From NCBI GenBank assembly GCA_039190745.1, contig JBCCXZ010000028.1, positions 1-45,016 of the forward strand: 45,016 nucleotides of DNA, given 5' to 3'. Origin of the DNA: Planctomycetota bacterium (GTDB taxonomy: Bacteria; Planctomycetota; Planctomycetia; Pirellulales; Lacipirellulaceae). How positions within the stretch are numbered: position 1 is the stretch's first letter; the number at the start of each line of letters is the position of its first letter. A program made the position numbers and the translations under genes. Below are positions 16,723 to 25,855 of this stretch, piece after piece. The notes below the pieces were generated by a model. It was not told the DNA's origin. It was given only the letters and a program-made list of their open reading frames with translations, and did no database searches.

Positions 16723-19410
16723 CTAATCCGGTAAGGCGGACTCCGAGATATCGATCTCGAAGCGGGCTCGGAGGGATCCTTGTTCCACCAACAGCTCTCC
16801 GCGGACACCTCGGAACCAGCTCAACAGCGGCAGCTCGAAATCGCCTGGGATACCAGAGAGCAAGAATCGGTTTTCTGGTCCGAGGGCGGTTGAGGTCCAC
16901 ATCGGCAGCTCGCGGGGCGACTCCACTAACTGATACTCTCCGTTAAGCGGGCACTGGAAGACTCCATCCATAATCGTTTCGGCAAGGTCTCTGCCGGTCG
17001 CGCGGTCTAGGCCAAACTGGTTCGAGATCGAGTTCATCAACCGCGACGCGGCGACGCTCGCTTGCCGTGTGCGTGAGTAGCCGATGGCCCGCGCTGTTTC
17101 GGAAACCTGCGTGCCGGTCAGATCGTCGATCCGCAGACGGACTTGTGCCGGTCGATCGGCGGGCTCCAGCGCCAAGTGCGGCATCACTTCCTCAACCACT
17201 TCACGCTTGAACGACAGCAGGAAGACGTCGTCTTGGATCGCCTGCCACAGGTCGTCTCCTCGAGCGGGCACCGGCTCAGTGCCTTGGTTGGTGTTTATGA
17301 ACAAGCCGAGCACCCCGGGGCGAGGCCACGCGCCCAAGTAGCCGCGGACGAGTTCCGCTCTCCCAGCAGCCGGCGCCAGCCCCCCGGAACGAACGGTCAG
17401 AAGCGACTGGAAATCACGCAACCCGCCAAACAAGGTGTGGGGCTGCTGATCGGGGTTCCAGAGCTTCGAATCGATATCCACTGCCGCCTCAAAAGCCGCG
17501 ATGTCGCCCGGTACGGCAGCGATCTGTTGATCGTTCGCCGCCGCGAGTTGATCCGCAAGCGAGGCCAAGGGCTTGCAGCCAGCCATGGGGGCTACATGCG
17601 CCCGGGCCGTTGCCGTTTCGTACCCGTCGTGCTGCATCCGCGTGATCTCTAGAGCGATGGACGGCATCCTCCCGACTTCATCCGCGAAACTCTGCCGGAA
17701 AGATTCGTAATCCGCAGCCTCAGCAGCAGTTATGCGGTCAATCGTGATGTCGGCAACGGGAATGAAACAGCCCTGTTTCCCTCGGAGAGAGTCAATGAGT
17801 CCTCCGTTTGTGTCCGTGGCCCACTCACTGCCGTCCGGCCGATCCCCGAAGCCCTGCGGCAGCAACGCTTGCGGGTCGAACCGGCCGTCTCCAACCGCTA
17901 CGCCTTCGTGGGCCGCGGCGTGGGAGGCGAGTGTCAGCAAAGCCTTCTGGCGTGACGCCCGCAGGCGACGCTCGGCTTCGATCCTGAATGCCGGACTCAC
18001 GAGCTTCTCGAAAAACTTCGACGGAACGAAGACCGAAACCGCCGGCGTTTCGCCCGACGCCAATGCGCGACGCGCGTCGCTCAGCTCTTCGGAGTCGGCC
18101 AGCGCCCCGTCGCCATCGGCGCAACGGAAAAAACCCTCAATGAGTGATTGGGAAGTCGCGACCAGATGGAAGTCTCCGACCCGAGCGTAATAGGAACGAA
18201 CCCGGCCGTCGGGCGTGGAAACGAGCGATGCGGTCCGCTCACCGATCTGGATCTGCTCCTCGGTGGCCTGAAGCTCTGGGTTCGTGACCGACTCCTGCCG
18301 TTTATCGATCAGGTCTTTGCCCAACAGCACCGTGTTCTTGGCCTCGAACAGCAGGCCGATGCCCATGCCGTGGGCAGCGTAGGGGTCTTCTCCGATCATG
18401 GCGACATCGCGGATGACCTGCGGCCCCAGCAGCTTTGCGAAGACCGACTCCCGAAGCGAGAGCTGTTGCTGGATGCGGTCCGACGCGTTGCGGTCCAGCG
18501 GGCGACGCAGGACCATGCTGGAAAGGTCGCCGCCCCACTTCTTGCTGAAGTCGCGGAACCAGAAGTAGTTGCTCGCGGTTCCGAAGCGGATGTAGAAACA
18601 GTCGTCCGGCACATAGGACGCGATCTTCTCAACCCCGCCCTGCCCTTCGGGCGGCATCAGTTCACCTACCGCTTCTTCGGCGGGCAAGTTATCGGGAAGC
18701 GTTTGGTCGCGCGGATCAAAACGGATGGGCTCGGGCAGATCGACAAACTGGGTGTCCGTTTCACTGGTTGCCGACAGGAGTTCTCGGTCAACCCGCAGCG
18801 CGTGCTGTTCGGTGGCAAACAACTCCTGCCACACGGTCTTCTTGCTTTTCTTCCACGGAAGAATGCTCTTGGCCTCGACGGGGAGCTCCTTCCCCAAGCG
18901 GTAGGCGAGGTTCGCCACGAGGAAGTTCTCCGCTACCGGCGGGAAGTCGCCCTCGCTCAGGAGGCGTTGCCAACGCCGGACCTGCTCGCTCCACCAGCCC
19001 TGCTGCAACCGGGCCAACCCCGACGAATCGGCGATCGGCTTCACTCGGATGACCTGCAATGAAGGGGAGTAAACCTCTAAGTCGAACGGCTCATCGCCTC
19101 GAAAGAGGAAGTACAGGGTGACCGACCTCGGGCTCTCCAGCTTCAGCAGGCGGCGTACGACCTTCCTGACAGGCGCTTCTTTGACAACCGAGTACAGGAC
19201 CCGCCCGCCTTCGGCCTGAGCTAGAAATCGCTCGTCGCTCAGCGGCAAGGCTGGACCCGCGGCGGTCACAGGGACCGTGACCATCCCCACGCCGAACGGT
19301 TCGCTTAGGAAAGCCTCAACACTCGCTGCCGCGGCAGCAGAGGGCAGCACGGCCCCCAACAGCAACCAGCCTGCCATGAGCGGTTTGAGTCGTTCGGCGG
19401 AGTGTCTCAT
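16723..19410 (-). CDS. Large exported hypothetical protein (about 895 aa)
   Basis: Long uninterrupted ORF with signal-peptide-like WLLLGAVLPSAAAAA. No family recognised; start uncertain. Confidence 0.75.
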   Translation of the reverse strand: MRHSAERLKPLMAGWLLLGAVLPSAAAAASVEAFLSEPFGVGMVTVPVTAAGPALPLSDERFLAQAEGGRVLYSVVKEAPVRKVVRRLLKLESPRSVTLYFLFRGDEPFDLEVYSPSLQVIRVKPIADSSGLARLQQGWWSEQVRRWQRLLSEGDFPPVAENFLVANLAYRLGKELPVEAKSILPWKKSKKTVWQELFATEQHALRVDRELLSATSETDTQFVDLPEPIRFDPRDQTLPDNLPAEEAVGELMPPEGQGGVEKIASYVPDDCFYIRFGTASNYFWFRDFSKKWGGDLSSMVLRRPLDRNASDRIQQQLSLRESVFAKLLGPQVIRDVAMIGEDPYAAHGMGIGLLFEAKNTVLLGKDLIDKRQESVTNPELQATEEQIQIGERTASLVSTPDGRVRSYYARVGDFHLVATSQSLIEGFFRCADGDGALADSEELSDARRALASGETPAVSVFVPSKFFEKLVSPAFRIEAERRLRASRQKALLTLASHAAAHEGVAVGDGRFDPQALLPQGFGDRPDGSEWATDTNGGLIDSLRGKQGCFIPVADITIDRITAAEAADYESFRQSFADEVGRMPSIALEITRMQHDGYETATARAHVAPMAGCKPLASLADQLAAANDQQIAAVPGDIAAFEAAVDIDSKLWNPDQQPHTLFGGLRDFQSLLTVRSGGLAPAAGRAELVRGYLGAWPRPGVLGLFINTNQGTEPVPARGDDLWQAIQDDVFLLSFKREVVEEVMPHLALEPADRPAQVRLRIDDLTGTQVSETARAIGYSRTRQASVAASRLMNSISNQFGLDRATGRDLAETIMDGVFQCPLNGEYQLVESPRELPMWTSTALGPENRFLLSGIPGDFELPLLSWFRGVRGELLVEQGSLRARFEIDISESALPD

Positions 19411-19518
19411 CGGGTGTCTCACTTTTTTGAGGTTCCAAATCTCCAAAGCGAGCGAAACCAACCGCGGTCGTCCCCGCAACGCTTGCCCAGCCAGCTAAGG
19501 TTGGGCGACAATCAAATC

Positions 19519-19791
19519 ATGTTGTTCCCACGGTATTCGCTGCGGGCCGTTCTCACAACGGTCAGCTTCTGCTCGGTCTTCTTCGTGGTCTCGGCCTTCG
19601 CGTTTCGAGGCCATGGCTGGGCCGTTGTAATTGCCGTAGCGGCCGCTTGTGTTCCCACGATGCTATGGTTCCAGCTGCTGGGCTACGCGTTCTGCAGGGC
19701 GTTTCTCCGATTAGTGGGGTCCGAACACTTGCCTGCACGCACGAGTCAAGGAGCCGTACGGACCCGTGCCGACGGGGGCCCGGGTGAGTAG
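19519..19791 (+). CDS. Small membrane protein (two predicted TM helices)
   Basis: MLFPRYSLRAVLTTV followed by two hydrophobic segments; its stop overlaps the start of the next gene. Confidence 0.65.
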   Translation: MLFPRYSLRAVLTTVSFCSVFFVVSAFAFRGHGWAVVIAVAAACVPTMLWFQLLGYAFCRAFLRLVGSEHLPARTSQGAVRTRADGGPGE

Positions 19792-22021
19792 GCGATCGAA
19801 ACACCTGCAGCTCAGTCTTCTGGCTCGTCGCGCTCTTTGTCTGGCATTTTGCCTGGCAGTTAGCTGGGCATGCGTTTTGAAAGCTGCGGCGTCCGGCAGC
19901 GCCCACACCGCGCCCGCCCAGCTTCGCAACAACGCTCCGAGAACCCTGTCGAAGTCAGGCCTGAGCATACGCGTCGACCACTCTTGGGTCGGCCGACGTG
20001 GCTACCGCCCCGTCGAGATCGAACTCTATTCGCCTACGCCGTCTGCCGCCGAGCGGCAGGTTACGGTGAAACTCCGCCTCTTTGGCAGGAACTACCGCAC
20101 GCCCGCGATCGCGATCGAGCACGACTTTGTGCTGCCCGCGGGCAGTACGACCGTCAGCACGAAACTTTCTGTTCCACAGCTCTGCGACTGGACGCTCGTG
20201 GGTTGGGACACCTGGATCGATGGTCGCCGAGACGCGCAGCTCGGCCTTTCCAGGAGCATGTTCAATGCGATCTCAAACATCAACACGGGCGAGGTCTCCG
20301 TAGTCACGATCGGTTCCGGAGGCGGGGGGCGATCGCTGGGTCGGCTCATCCGTGAGCTGAACAACAACGTGGCGGATATCACCAACCTGACGGCGTCGAA
20401 AACGCCCACCCATTGGGCCGGCTACTCTTGCGCCGACCTCGTTTGCGTTGATTCAGCAGCCCTCTTCGCCATGCAATCGAAGCCAGACACCCTGCTCGCC
20501 CTCCAGCGGTGGGTGCGGGCCGGCGGGAACCTTTGGGTTTCTAACGCCGGAGAGCGTTTTGAACGACTCCCGGAGCTCGAACACATGTTGGTATCGCGTG
20601 GCGGCTCCGAATGGAGCGCAGCGCAAATGACAAAGGTCACCCGCGACTGGACCAGCGAATACGGCTGGGTGGCTGTGCCAACCGAAAACAAGCAACGCGA
20701 CCGCGTTGAATCGCTCTTGCTGTTGCGCTCGGCGACCGACTGGCGCACCCAAGAAGCAAGAGACGCAACCGATCCCGAGTCGTTTGTAGACCCCGCAGCG
20801 AGCACTATCTCTAAGCAAGACTCCTGGCCCTACTTCCTCTCCAAATCCTACGGCACCGGAGTGATAACCGCTTTTAGCGGGAGTCCAGACGACTCCCTGA
20901 GTTCCCTGCGATTCCGCATCCAGGGCGTGCTATCGGGCGCAGTCCCGCCCCAACAGACGAATTGGGTGCGGACCGAAGACCTCGCCAAGATGGTCGCCGA
21001 GAGCCTGTTGACCGACCGGCTCTACTGGGAAGAGAGGCACGGCAACAACACCGACGAAGGCAACATCGACTTTAACAACTGGCTCATCCCCGGGTACGGA
21101 GAAGCTCCTGTTGCGGAGTTTCAGTTGCTAATCACCCTCTTTGTCATCGGTATAGGACCGGTCAACTACTACCTGCTCAACCGAGTCAAGAAGCTCCCGA
21201 TGCTGTTGGTCACAGTTCCGGCAGCGGCCGCCGCGGCGACCCTGCTTCTGTTTGCCTACGGCGTGCTGTCCGACGGGTTCTCGGTCCGCACGCGGTCACG
21301 CTCTATCACTTGGCTAGATCAGCACAACGGTGAGTCCGTCACGTGGTCGCGTCACTCATACTACGCCGGCCTCGCGCCGGGAGAAGGGTTGACCTTCGAC
21401 GCAGACACAGTTGTCTACCCCATCTTGCCCTACAGAGGCCGGGGTTTCCTTTCGGGCGGCGCCAATCGGGCAGACGCGCGAGAGCTCACATGGGCCGAGA
21501 ATCAGCAGCGGCTCACTCGTGGCTGGCTGGCGTCGAGAACACCGACGCAATACTTGACGATTCGTGCGAATGCAATCGACGCCTCCCTGGAGATCCAATC
21601 GACTGGAACGGCGGCCACCGTAATCAATCGACTCGGAACCGACGTCAAGCTGCTCGTCGTTCAAGACAAACAGGACAGGCTTTACATGCTCGAAGGCTTA
21701 GTCTCGGGCGAGTCGGGGGATGCGTCTCTAACAGATCGTGTGAGCGTGGCCATGCGGCTGCGGGAGGCCTTCTCGGAGAACGAACCGCAGACTCCTCCAG
21801 GAGCAATCGGACGCGAAGTCGGTCAACAGGTCGGCTCTCGAACTTACCTCGGCAGGAGCATCCTCGAAACCGAGCTCGCAGCAATAGTCGCCCCGAGCGC
21901 ACGCGACTACGGGGGCGGGGCCTACATCGCCATTACAGCAGATGCGGTCGCGAGAGACCCTGGCGTCGAAGGATCCAAAGACTCGGAGAGCTTCCACGTC
22001 CTAAGGGGGGAGTGGCAATGA
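19784..22021 (+). CDS. Membrane-anchored hypothetical protein associated with the ABC transporter
   Basis: Signal-like N-terminus and two central TM helices (FQLLITLFVIGIGPVNY; LLVTVPAAAAAATLLLFAYG). Its stop overlaps the ATPase start. Start uncertain. Confidence 0.8.
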   Translation: MSRRSKHLQLSLLARRALCLAFCLAVSWACVLKAAASGSAHTAPAQLRNNAPRTLSKSGLSIRVDHSWVGRRGYRPVEIELYSPTPSAAERQVTVKLRLFGRNYRTPAIAIEHDFVLPAGSTTVSTKLSVPQLCDWTLVGWDTWIDGRRDAQLGLSRSMFNAISNINTGEVSVVTIGSGGGGRSLGRLIRELNNNVADITNLTASKTPTHWAGYSCADLVCVDSAALFAMQSKPDTLLALQRWVRAGGNLWVSNAGERFERLPELEHMLVSRGGSEWSAAQMTKVTRDWTSEYGWVAVPTENKQRDRVESLLLLRSATDWRTQEARDATDPESFVDPAASTISKQDSWPYFLSKSYGTGVITAFSGSPDDSLSSLRFRIQGVLSGAVPPQQTNWVRTEDLAKMVAESLLTDRLYWEERHGNNTDEGNIDFNNWLIPGYGEAPVAEFQLLITLFVIGIGPVNYYLLNRVKKLPMLLVTVPAAAAAATLLLFAYGVLSDGFSVRTRSRSITWLDQHNGESVTWSRHSYYAGLAPGEGLTFDADTVVYPILPYRGRGFLSGGANRADARELTWAENQQRLTRGWLASRTPTQYLTIRANAIDASLEIQSTGTAATVINRLGTDVKLLVVQDKQDRLYMLEGLVSGESGDASLTDRVSVAMRLREAFSENEPQTPPGAIGREVGQQVGSRTYLGRSILETELAAIVAPSARDYGGGAYIAITADAVARDPGVEGSKDSESFHVLRGEWQ

Positions 22022-22965
22022 TCCAGGGTCGTGCCCCGATGATCGAACTCCGCCGACTGCACCGCTACTTCGGCGACACTAAGGCCGTTCAGGACATGAG
22101 CTTCGAGGTCTACTCCGGCGAGGTGCTGGGGTACATCGGCCCCAACGGCGCCGGCAAAACCACCAGCATGCGGATCCTCGCCACCCTGGACGAACCTACC
22201 CACGGCGAGGCCTTCGTCGACGGCTTCTCGGTTATCGACGACCCCGACCGCGTGCGGAGGCGGCTTGGGTTTATGCCCGACTACTTTGGTACGTACGAAA
22301 ACGTCAGCGTCCGAGAGTACCTAGATTTCTTCGGTCGCGCCTACGGGTTACGGGGGACGGAGCGGCTTTCTGCGATCGACCGCGTGATGGAGTTCACACT
22401 GCTCGACCGGATCCAGGACAAGCCCACTAGCGGCCTCTCGAAGGGCATGAAGCAACGCCTCTGCCTCGGCCGCACGATCATCCACGACCCGGGCGTGCTC
22501 ATCCTGGACGAGCCCGCAGCCGGCCTCGACCCGCGGGCAAGGATCGAATTGCGTGAAATGATTTCTCGGCTCGCCCACGCCGGGAAGGCCGTCTTGATCA
22601 GCTCCCATATCCTGACCGAGTTGGCCGAGATCTGCGATCGCGTCGCGATCATCGAACAAGGCAAACTAATCGCCGCCGGAAGCGTCGACGAGATCAGTGA
22701 AGCGGCCAATCCCACGAGCCTGATTCGGCTCAGAGTTTTGGACGACGCCGGCCCGATCACTCGTTGGCTTGAGGAGAGAGCGGATATCGACAATCTGGTC
22801 GCCGACGCAGACCTGCTGACCTTCAACCACGACGGGGGGCCCAACGACCAAGCCGAATTGTTAAGGCAGATCGTCGGCGAGGGTTTTCAATTGGTCGAGT
22901 TCGCAAGCAAGACCAAGAGCCTTGAAGACGTCTTCCTGCACGTAACCGAGGGACGCGTGCAATGA
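22018..22965 (+). CDS. ABC transporter ATP-binding protein (ABC-2/CcmA-like)
   Basis: [28 protein letters not shown]. Confidence 0.95.
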   Translation: MIQGRAPMIELRRLHRYFGDTKAVQDMSFEVYSGEVLGYIGPNGAGKTTSMRILATLDEPTHGEAFVDGFSVIDDPDRVRRRLGFMPDYFGTYENVSVREYLDFFGRAYGLRGTERLSAIDRVMEFTLLDRIQDKPTSGLSKGMKQRLCLGRTIIHDPGVLILDEPAAGLDPRARIELREMISRLAHAGKAVLISSHILTELAEICDRVAIIEQGKLIAAGSVDEISEAANPTSLIRLRVLDDAGPITRWLEERADIDNLVADADLLTFNHDGGPNDQAELLRQIVGEGFQLVEFASKTKSLEDVFLHVTEGRVQ

Positions 22966-24629
22966 GCGAAGCAGCAGCAGAGGCCACGGGGACGAATGCT
23001 CTGCCCCACCGCGAGAAACTCTTGGCATCCGCTTGGCAGTGGACGGAGCCCCGGCTCGTAGCGGCCGCCGAATGGGCCAACCCGATCCTGGTCAAGGAAA
23101 CAAGGCAAGCCCTCAAGAGCCGCCAGTTCGTGGCCACGTTCCTGATCGTGCTCATCGCCTGCTGGGTCGTGAGTATCGGAGGCGTGGTGCTGATCGGGCC
23201 GCGGATCCGCTACGAAGCCGCCGGCGGCGTCATGCTGCTGGTGTACTACGCGGTGCTGGCGTTTCCGCTGACAGTGATTGTGCCGTACTCAGCGTTCCGG
23301 TCGATCGCCTCCGAGCGCGAAGACAACACCTACGACTTGCTCTCGATCAGCACCCTCACCCCGTGGCAGATCATTGCCGGTAAGCTCGGCAGCGCGTTGC
23401 TGCAGATGCTCGTTTTCTTGTCCGCGGTCAGCCCGTGCATCGGCTTCACGTTCTTGTTGAAGGGCGTCGACGTGCTGACCGTCGCGCTACTTATCGGCTA
23501 CGCAGCCCTGGCGTCGCTCGGCCTGTCTGCGGTCGCGTTGCTGTCCGGAACCCTTGTGCAAGTGCGGTACTCGCAGGTCATCGTCTCGGTTGGCTTGGTC
23601 GTTACCCTCATGGGCGCCTTTTACGGCATGATCCTGTTTGCCCAGAGTTTCATCCGCGATAGTTACCTGGTTCTCCAAGAGGAAGAATTCTGGATAGTCA
23701 ACCTGGCTCTATTGACGCTCTACGCAACAACCTTTGCGATTGTCAGCTGTGCGGCGGCGATGAGGATCTCCTTCGCGAGCGAGAATCGGTCCACGCCACT
23801 CCGACGCCTATTGCTGCTTCAACAGGCGTGCTTTGTGGGTTGGATCGCCGCGATCGCCCACGAAGAAGGCCTCCGGTCGCTGCCGGGGGCCGTGGCAGCG
23901 ACGACGATTGTGCTGAGCGTCTACTGGTACCTCGCCGGCACGCTGATGACGAGCGAATGGCCGTTCTTCTCACGCCGCGTGCAAAGATCGTTGCCCGCGA
24001 GCAAGCTCGGCCGCTGGCTGCTGACTTGGCTCAACCCCGGTCCGGGCACGGGCTACATGCTCGCCGTCTCAAACATGACAGGCGTCGTCACGGTAGGACT
24101 TACCATCGCACTGGTATTCGGCGCCTTCGGTACGGGCGGGCCAAGTCGCGCAGACCTGGTTTACTTTTGCCTGCTCTCGTGGGGTTACGTCGTCGCCTTG
24201 CTCGGTATCGGTGCCATGCTCACACGCCTGCTCCGGAAGTACATCTTCGTCTCGATGCCTGCCGGGTTTCTCATGCACGCCATCGTTTTCCTCGCAGCGT
24301 GCGGCGTGCCGCAGGTCATCCACTTCATGTACTACTCGACGAGCTTTACTAGCGCGAGTCCAATGACGCACGTGTCGAACCCGGTATGGACACTGGCTCG
24401 GCTTATCGAAGACGGAGCGGGGTCCGTCGATGCACTCACCTTAACGACCATCGTGCTGACCGCGGCGGCGATCACGCTGCTGCTGAACCTGCGGTGGATC
24501 GCGGCGGAGACGCAGCCCCGCCGAGCGGTGCTGCCGGAGCGGGTCGAATTCGACGAGCAGCAACTGCACCCCGAGCCCGAGCCAAAGCCCAGCAACCCCT
24601 GGGACAGAGAAGCAGCTGAGGGTGTCTAG
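22962..24629 (+). CDS. ABC-2 type transporter permease
   Basis: NPILVKE, SEREDNTYDLLSISTL...IIAGKL, and many TM segments; ATGA overlap with the ATPase. Confidence 0.85.
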   Translation: MSEAAAEATGTNALPHREKLLASAWQWTEPRLVAAAEWANPILVKETRQALKSRQFVATFLIVLIACWVVSIGGVVLIGPRIRYEAAGGVMLLVYYAVLAFPLTVIVPYSAFRSIASEREDNTYDLLSISTLTPWQIIAGKLGSALLQMLVFLSAVSPCIGFTFLLKGVDVLTVALLIGYAALASLGLSAVALLSGTLVQVRYSQVIVSVGLVVTLMGAFYGMILFAQSFIRDSYLVLQEEEFWIVNLALLTLYATTFAIVSCAAAMRISFASENRSTPLRRLLLLQQACFVGWIAAIAHEEGLRSLPGAVAATTIVLSVYWYLAGTLMTSEWPFFSRRVQRSLPASKLGRWLLTWLNPGPGTGYMLAVSNMTGVVTVGLTIALVFGAFGTGGPSRADLVYFCLLSWGYVVALLGIGAMLTRLLRKYIFVSMPAGFLMHAIVFLAACGVPQVIHFMYYSTSFTSASPMTHVSNPVWTLARLIEDGAGSVDALTLTTIVLTAAAITLLLNLRWIAAETQPRRAVLPERVEFDEQQLHPEPEPKPSNPWDREAAEGV

Positions 24630-24717
24630 AGCGCGTGACGCCGAAGCGTGGGAGCTCTTTCGTAGTTTGGGCAGGCAAACGAGACGCCGATGACGCAGCT
24701 TGTGTGTGCGACTCGCA

Positions 24718-25032
24718 CTAGCGTACGCGGTGCGTCGTCGAATTCAGCGAATAGCCCGTCCCGGTAACCGGGTCGATCGGCAACCCCTCCGGGAAGTACT
24801 CGGCGTGCTGGCCGATGTCCGAGAGGTCGAGAGCCGGCCAACTGCCCTGGTGGTCGATGTACCACCTCGACACGGCCTGGTTAATGACTTCCTTGTGGTG
24901 CTGCCGCAGCTGTTGGTCGACCAAGTCTTCCGAACCGCCGACTCGCGGGACCACGATCGCGGCGATGATGCCCACGATCGTCATGACCGCCAACACTTCA
25001 AGCGGCGAAAACCCTTTGCCCTGGCTCTTCAT
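24718..25032 (-). CDS. Small type IV pilin/GspG-like pseudopilin
   Basis: Class III signal peptide KG|FSPLEVLAVMTIVGIIAAIVVPR with Glu at +5; C-terminal P.DP.TG..Y. RBS AGGAGG. Confidence 0.85.
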   Translation of the reverse strand: MKSQGKGFSPLEVLAVMTIVGIIAAIVVPRVGGSEDLVDQQLRQHHKEVINQAVSRWYIDHQGSWPALDLSDIGQHAEYFPEGLPIDPVTGTGYSLNSTTHRVR

Positions 25033-25217
25033 GGCGATCGGTCCTCCTGCAAGTCGGCTGCGTGTCGTACCCAGCCCCTCGTGCGCCGCGGAACACGGCA
25101 ACTTAGGGTGCAAAAAAATACAACACCGCAGCGCAGCAGGCGGCGAAAAGCTCATAGGCGGCAAGCTTTTCTGGCCGCCCCGGGTAGGCGACACTCCCAA
25201 CCGCTACGACCGTCCCG

Positions 25218-25631
25218 CTACCGGACGCATGCCGGCTTGTACGACCCCGACTCGGCCTTCTGCGACTCGTACACGGCACGGAGCACGTCGCGGCGGGAAA
25301 TGAGCCCCGCCAGTCTGCCGCCCTCCAGCACCGGGACGCGGCGGACCCGGTTGACGATGCACAGGTCGGCGACCTTGTTCACCGGCTCATCGGCTTCCAC
25401 CGTGAGCACCTCACGCGTCATGTGATCCGAGACAGACTCCTCGCACACGTTGCGGTCGTAAGCGATCGCCAGCAACGCAAACTCGGTCACGATGCCAATC
25501 AGGCAACCGTTTGTGTCCACGACGGGCAAACCCGAGATCCCCTCCTGGATCAGCAGGTCAATCGCCTCGCGGATCGTTGCATCCGCTCCGATCGTTAGAA
25601 CGTTCGGAGTCATGATATCGCTGGCGTTCAT
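25218..25631 (-). CDS. CBS domain pair protein
   Basis: DIMT..V, ISGLPVVD...LIGIVTE, HMTREV, RRVPVL..GRLAGLISRRD. Confidence 0.9.
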   Translation of the reverse strand: MNASDIMTPNVLTIGADATIREAIDLLIQEGISGLPVVDTNGCLIGIVTEFALLAIAYDRNVCEESVSDHMTREVLTVEADEPVNKVADLCIVNRVRRVPVLEGGRLAGLISRRDVLRAVYESQKAESGSYKPACVR

Positions 25632-25855
25632 CCGACTAGCTCCTATTATCCCGGCTTCTTGGGTGGCGCGGCGTCGACGGCAAAGCGACGCCAGAGTGAG
25701 CATAGTTCAGAAATCCGCTCCGGGTCGCCGGGAGTGTCCGGTCGTGCCGCCTGGTCTTTACTTGCGGCCGATTGCCGCGTGCGGGTTGTCGGGGTCGCCG
25801 CAGCCGAGACGGGGCGTATGATTCCTCTACGATCCGGTGAACACGGAGATCGGCT

